Below are positions 43,241-45,242 of a stretch of 45,242 nucleotides of DNA, piece by piece. This stretch comes from Pseudomonadota bacterium (lineage in GTDB: Bacteria; Bdellovibrionota; FAC87; UBA2466). How positions within the stretch are numbered: the stretch's first letter is position 1; the number at the start of each line of letters is the position of its first letter. The DNA is taken from assembly GCA_043767805.1 (NCBI GenBank), contig JAYUGC010000197.1:1-45242 (forward strand), given 5' to 3'. A program made the position numbers and the translations under genes. Under the pieces are notes generated by a model. It was given only the letters and a program-made list of their open reading frames with translations, was not told where the DNA came from and did not search any database.

Positions 43241-44911
43241 TTAAAGCTCGAATGTCCAACGACCGGCAAGACGGCTATTGGGATCGCGCCGCACTTCATC
43301 TGTCTGGAAAACGACGTTCACCGCCCATTTTCCTTTTGCCTCGGTCTCGGATTTTTCCCACGCGAGCTGACCCGCGAGAGAAGGCTCTTCTTTACCATTG
43401 TGCAGCCATTGCACGTTCAACCGGCTGTGTCCGTCCCGAACGCGCGCCAGTTGACCTAGGGCCGGCGTCAAAACTCGTACCTTCAAACGGCCCGCGACGC
43501 GCTCCGTTTTCACGTCGTCAATGACGCGGATGCGGGAGAAAAATTGCAGCCAGTTATTCTCCTTACAGATGGGGCAGAAATGGGTCGAGGTCATTTGCCG
43601 CATGAGGCAAGTGTTGTGAGTCGGCCGGAAGCCCGCCACGCGCCCGCTCTTGGTGAACATTGGGTAAGCCCCGATGTACTTATCATCGAAGTGATAGTCC
43701 CGGCCGAACTCGTGGAACGTCAGCGAAGAAAGCACGGTATCGCTTCCTTTGGAACCCTCAGCGAATCTGAGCTCGTGGTTGCCGGCGGGGAAAGCCTGAT
43801 TCCATTGCAGCTCGTGAAACACACGGTCCACATGGCCGGGTCCGCGGAAGGGCATGGCCTTGCCGTCGATGGTCACTAACAGATCCCTGTCGGTGGGCGC
43901 GCCTGAAGCGCTGAACGAGAGAAGGGAAGAGGCGCCTTTGCCGCTGCTGGTAAACTTCGCGACGAACGGGGCTTTGGCGAGCCGTTGCCACGGCCAATCG
44001 ATAAAGAGCGCTTCCACGGGCTCGGCCTTTGCCTGGCCCGAAAGCCACTGCGGCCATTTGATGCCGGAGAGCGAGTTGCTGAAATTCGCGCCGAAGAAGG
44101 TCGCTTCCTGCCCGTCGTACTCTTCACCCACGCGGCCGAAATTATGGCCGAGCTCATGACGGAGCACCACGGTCCCGCTCGTGACGGAAGAGGTGGTGAT
44201 GGCGAGCTCGCCCCCAAGACCGCCGTAAAAAGCGTCATTGGCGACGACAATGGGGTAATCGCAATCGGGCGCTTTGCTGCAAGAGTCGTGAGCCGCGCCG
44301 CTATCGCCCGGGAAAATCGCACGCAGCGTATCGCCTTCGCGGTAAAGCCGGTAAGCGGTGTTCTTCGGCTGGTTGTTCTTGCCGATACCCGACTCCATGG
44401 AGGCGCGGAAGACGGCATGAACGTTGAAGATCGGCAGATAGGTGCGAAGCGTTTCGCCCGCGAAAAGCTCCGTCACGATGCGCTTGATGTCGTCGAAAAA
44501 CTTCTGGCGCTCGGCTTGAGTGTACCCGTCTCCCATGAAGACGAGATCGATGCGGTTCTTCGCGGGGCCGGAATTAATGAGCGTGACCACTTCGTCCGTG
44601 CCGCCACGGGAAGCCTGGGCCCGCCCTACCCCGCGCGAGCGCAAGATTTGAGCGAGCTGATCGCGGTTCACGGCGGTAATCTCGACGACTTTGCCGCCGC
44701 CCATGCCGACGTGCTCGGCGATATAGCGCGGGTACTCGACTTCTTCGAGCGCCCGTAACGGACGCACGTTGTAAGCGGAGAGCTCCTTCACATCGATGAG
44801 CGTGCGCGTTCCTTTTGAGTCCTCCACGTACCGCGCGCGGTAGATAGGCGTGTCCGCCGCAAAGAGACTGAGCGACGAGAAAACCAAAACCAGGCCGAGT
44901 AATCGATTCAC
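43241..44911 (-). CDS. secreted M64 family metallopeptidase
   Basis: NRIDLVFMGDGYT, YGGLGG, HELGHNFGRVGEEY zinc motif, RPT..CLMR...FCPIC; signal peptide. Confidence 0.92.
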   Translation of the reverse strand: MNRLLGLVLVFSSLSLFAADTPIYRARYVEDSKGTRTLIDVKELSAYNVRPLRALEEVEYPRYIAEHVGMGGGKVVEITAVNRDQLAQILRSRGVGRAQASRGGTDEVVTLINSGPAKNRIDLVFMGDGYTQAERQKFFDDIKRIVTELFAGETLRTYLPIFNVHAVFRASMESGIGKNNQPKNTAYRLYREGDTLRAIFPGDSGAAHDSCSKAPDCDYPIVVANDAFYGGLGGELAITTSSVTSGTVVLRHELGHNFGRVGEEYDGQEATFFGANFSNSLSGIKWPQWLSGQAKAEPVEALFIDWPWQRLAKAPFVAKFTSSGKGASSLLSFSASGAPTDRDLLVTIDGKAMPFRGPGHVDRVFHELQWNQAFPAGNHELRFAEGSKGSDTVLSSLTFHEFGRDYHFDDKYIGAYPMFTKSGRVAGFRPTHNTCLMRQMTSTHFCPICKENNWLQFFSRIRVIDDVKTERVAGRLKVRVLTPALGQLARVRDGHSRLNVQWLHNGKEEPSLAGQLAWEKSETEAKGKWAVNVVFQTDEVRRDPNSRLAGRWTFEL

Positions 44912-44931
44912 TTGAAGGACCCCTTACACTT

Positions 44932-45242
44932 TCAGTTCGAAATGGACTTTTCTAAAAACCGGACGGTGGACTCGAGATTCTGTTTCACGACCACCGGTAT
45001 CTGACTCGGATCGGGAATCTTGCTTTTGCCGACTTCCACGGTCACCGCCAGAATGTGGTGCTTCCAATAAAAATAATCGGTGCTGCAACCGGGAGCGAGG
45101 TACATGATTTTCGAGACCTGGCCCGCACGGTAACCGCTCGCTTGCGCCATGTAGCTCGTAATGGCCCGGAACGCGTCCTCGTCTTTCGACGGGGGCGCCG
45201 CTTCCGTGTAGGCCCACGGATAGACGATAAGCTCACTGAAAG
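44932..45242 (-). CDS. M14 family zinc carboxypeptidase, C-terminal part (runs off the window)
   Basis: FSELIVYPWAY, MYLAPGCSTDYFY, AVTVEVG (catalytic Glu region). Confidence 0.8.
   Translation of the reverse strand, partial: FSELIVYPWAYTEAAPPSKDEDAFRAITSYMAQASGYRAGQVSKIMYLAPGCSTDYFYWKHHILAVTVEVGKSKIPDPSQIPVVVKQNLESTVRFLEKSISN

Overview
A GC-rich bacterial chromosomal segment with about 37 genes. I found no rRNA, tRNA, CRISPR array, transposase or integrase. It holds many exported hypothetical proteins and secreted proteases (C25, C1, M64, M14), RxPAS motifs and a short HNH gene, which suggests a Bdellovibrionota-like or deltaproteobacterial predator (inference only). Recognisable genes: wecB, cysQ, an OPT transporter, rlmKL, aguA-aguB, a membrane-bound spermidine-synthase-like enzyme, hemolysin III, CBS, HPF/RaiA, GH35 + GH144, DUF1223 and tandem DUF4402. 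Most notable: (1) a 2535-aa surface protein with three ~500-aa beta-helix/Ig repeats, a T9SS-cargo-like FN3 domain, a PorU/gingipain-like C25 protease and a GGGCG-TM-basic C-terminal sorting signal; (2) a two-gene SpeE-like system, with a standalone membrane module translationally coupled to a membrane+catalytic subunit whose amine-binding motif is altered; (3) a coupled, secreted GH35-GH144 pair that may act on beta-1,2-glucans; (4) a REPIN-like element with perfect 28-bp arms that supplies the stop codons of both flanking ORFs; (5) a cluster of sigma-54 promoters around HPF/CBS, and many apparently leaderless genes.
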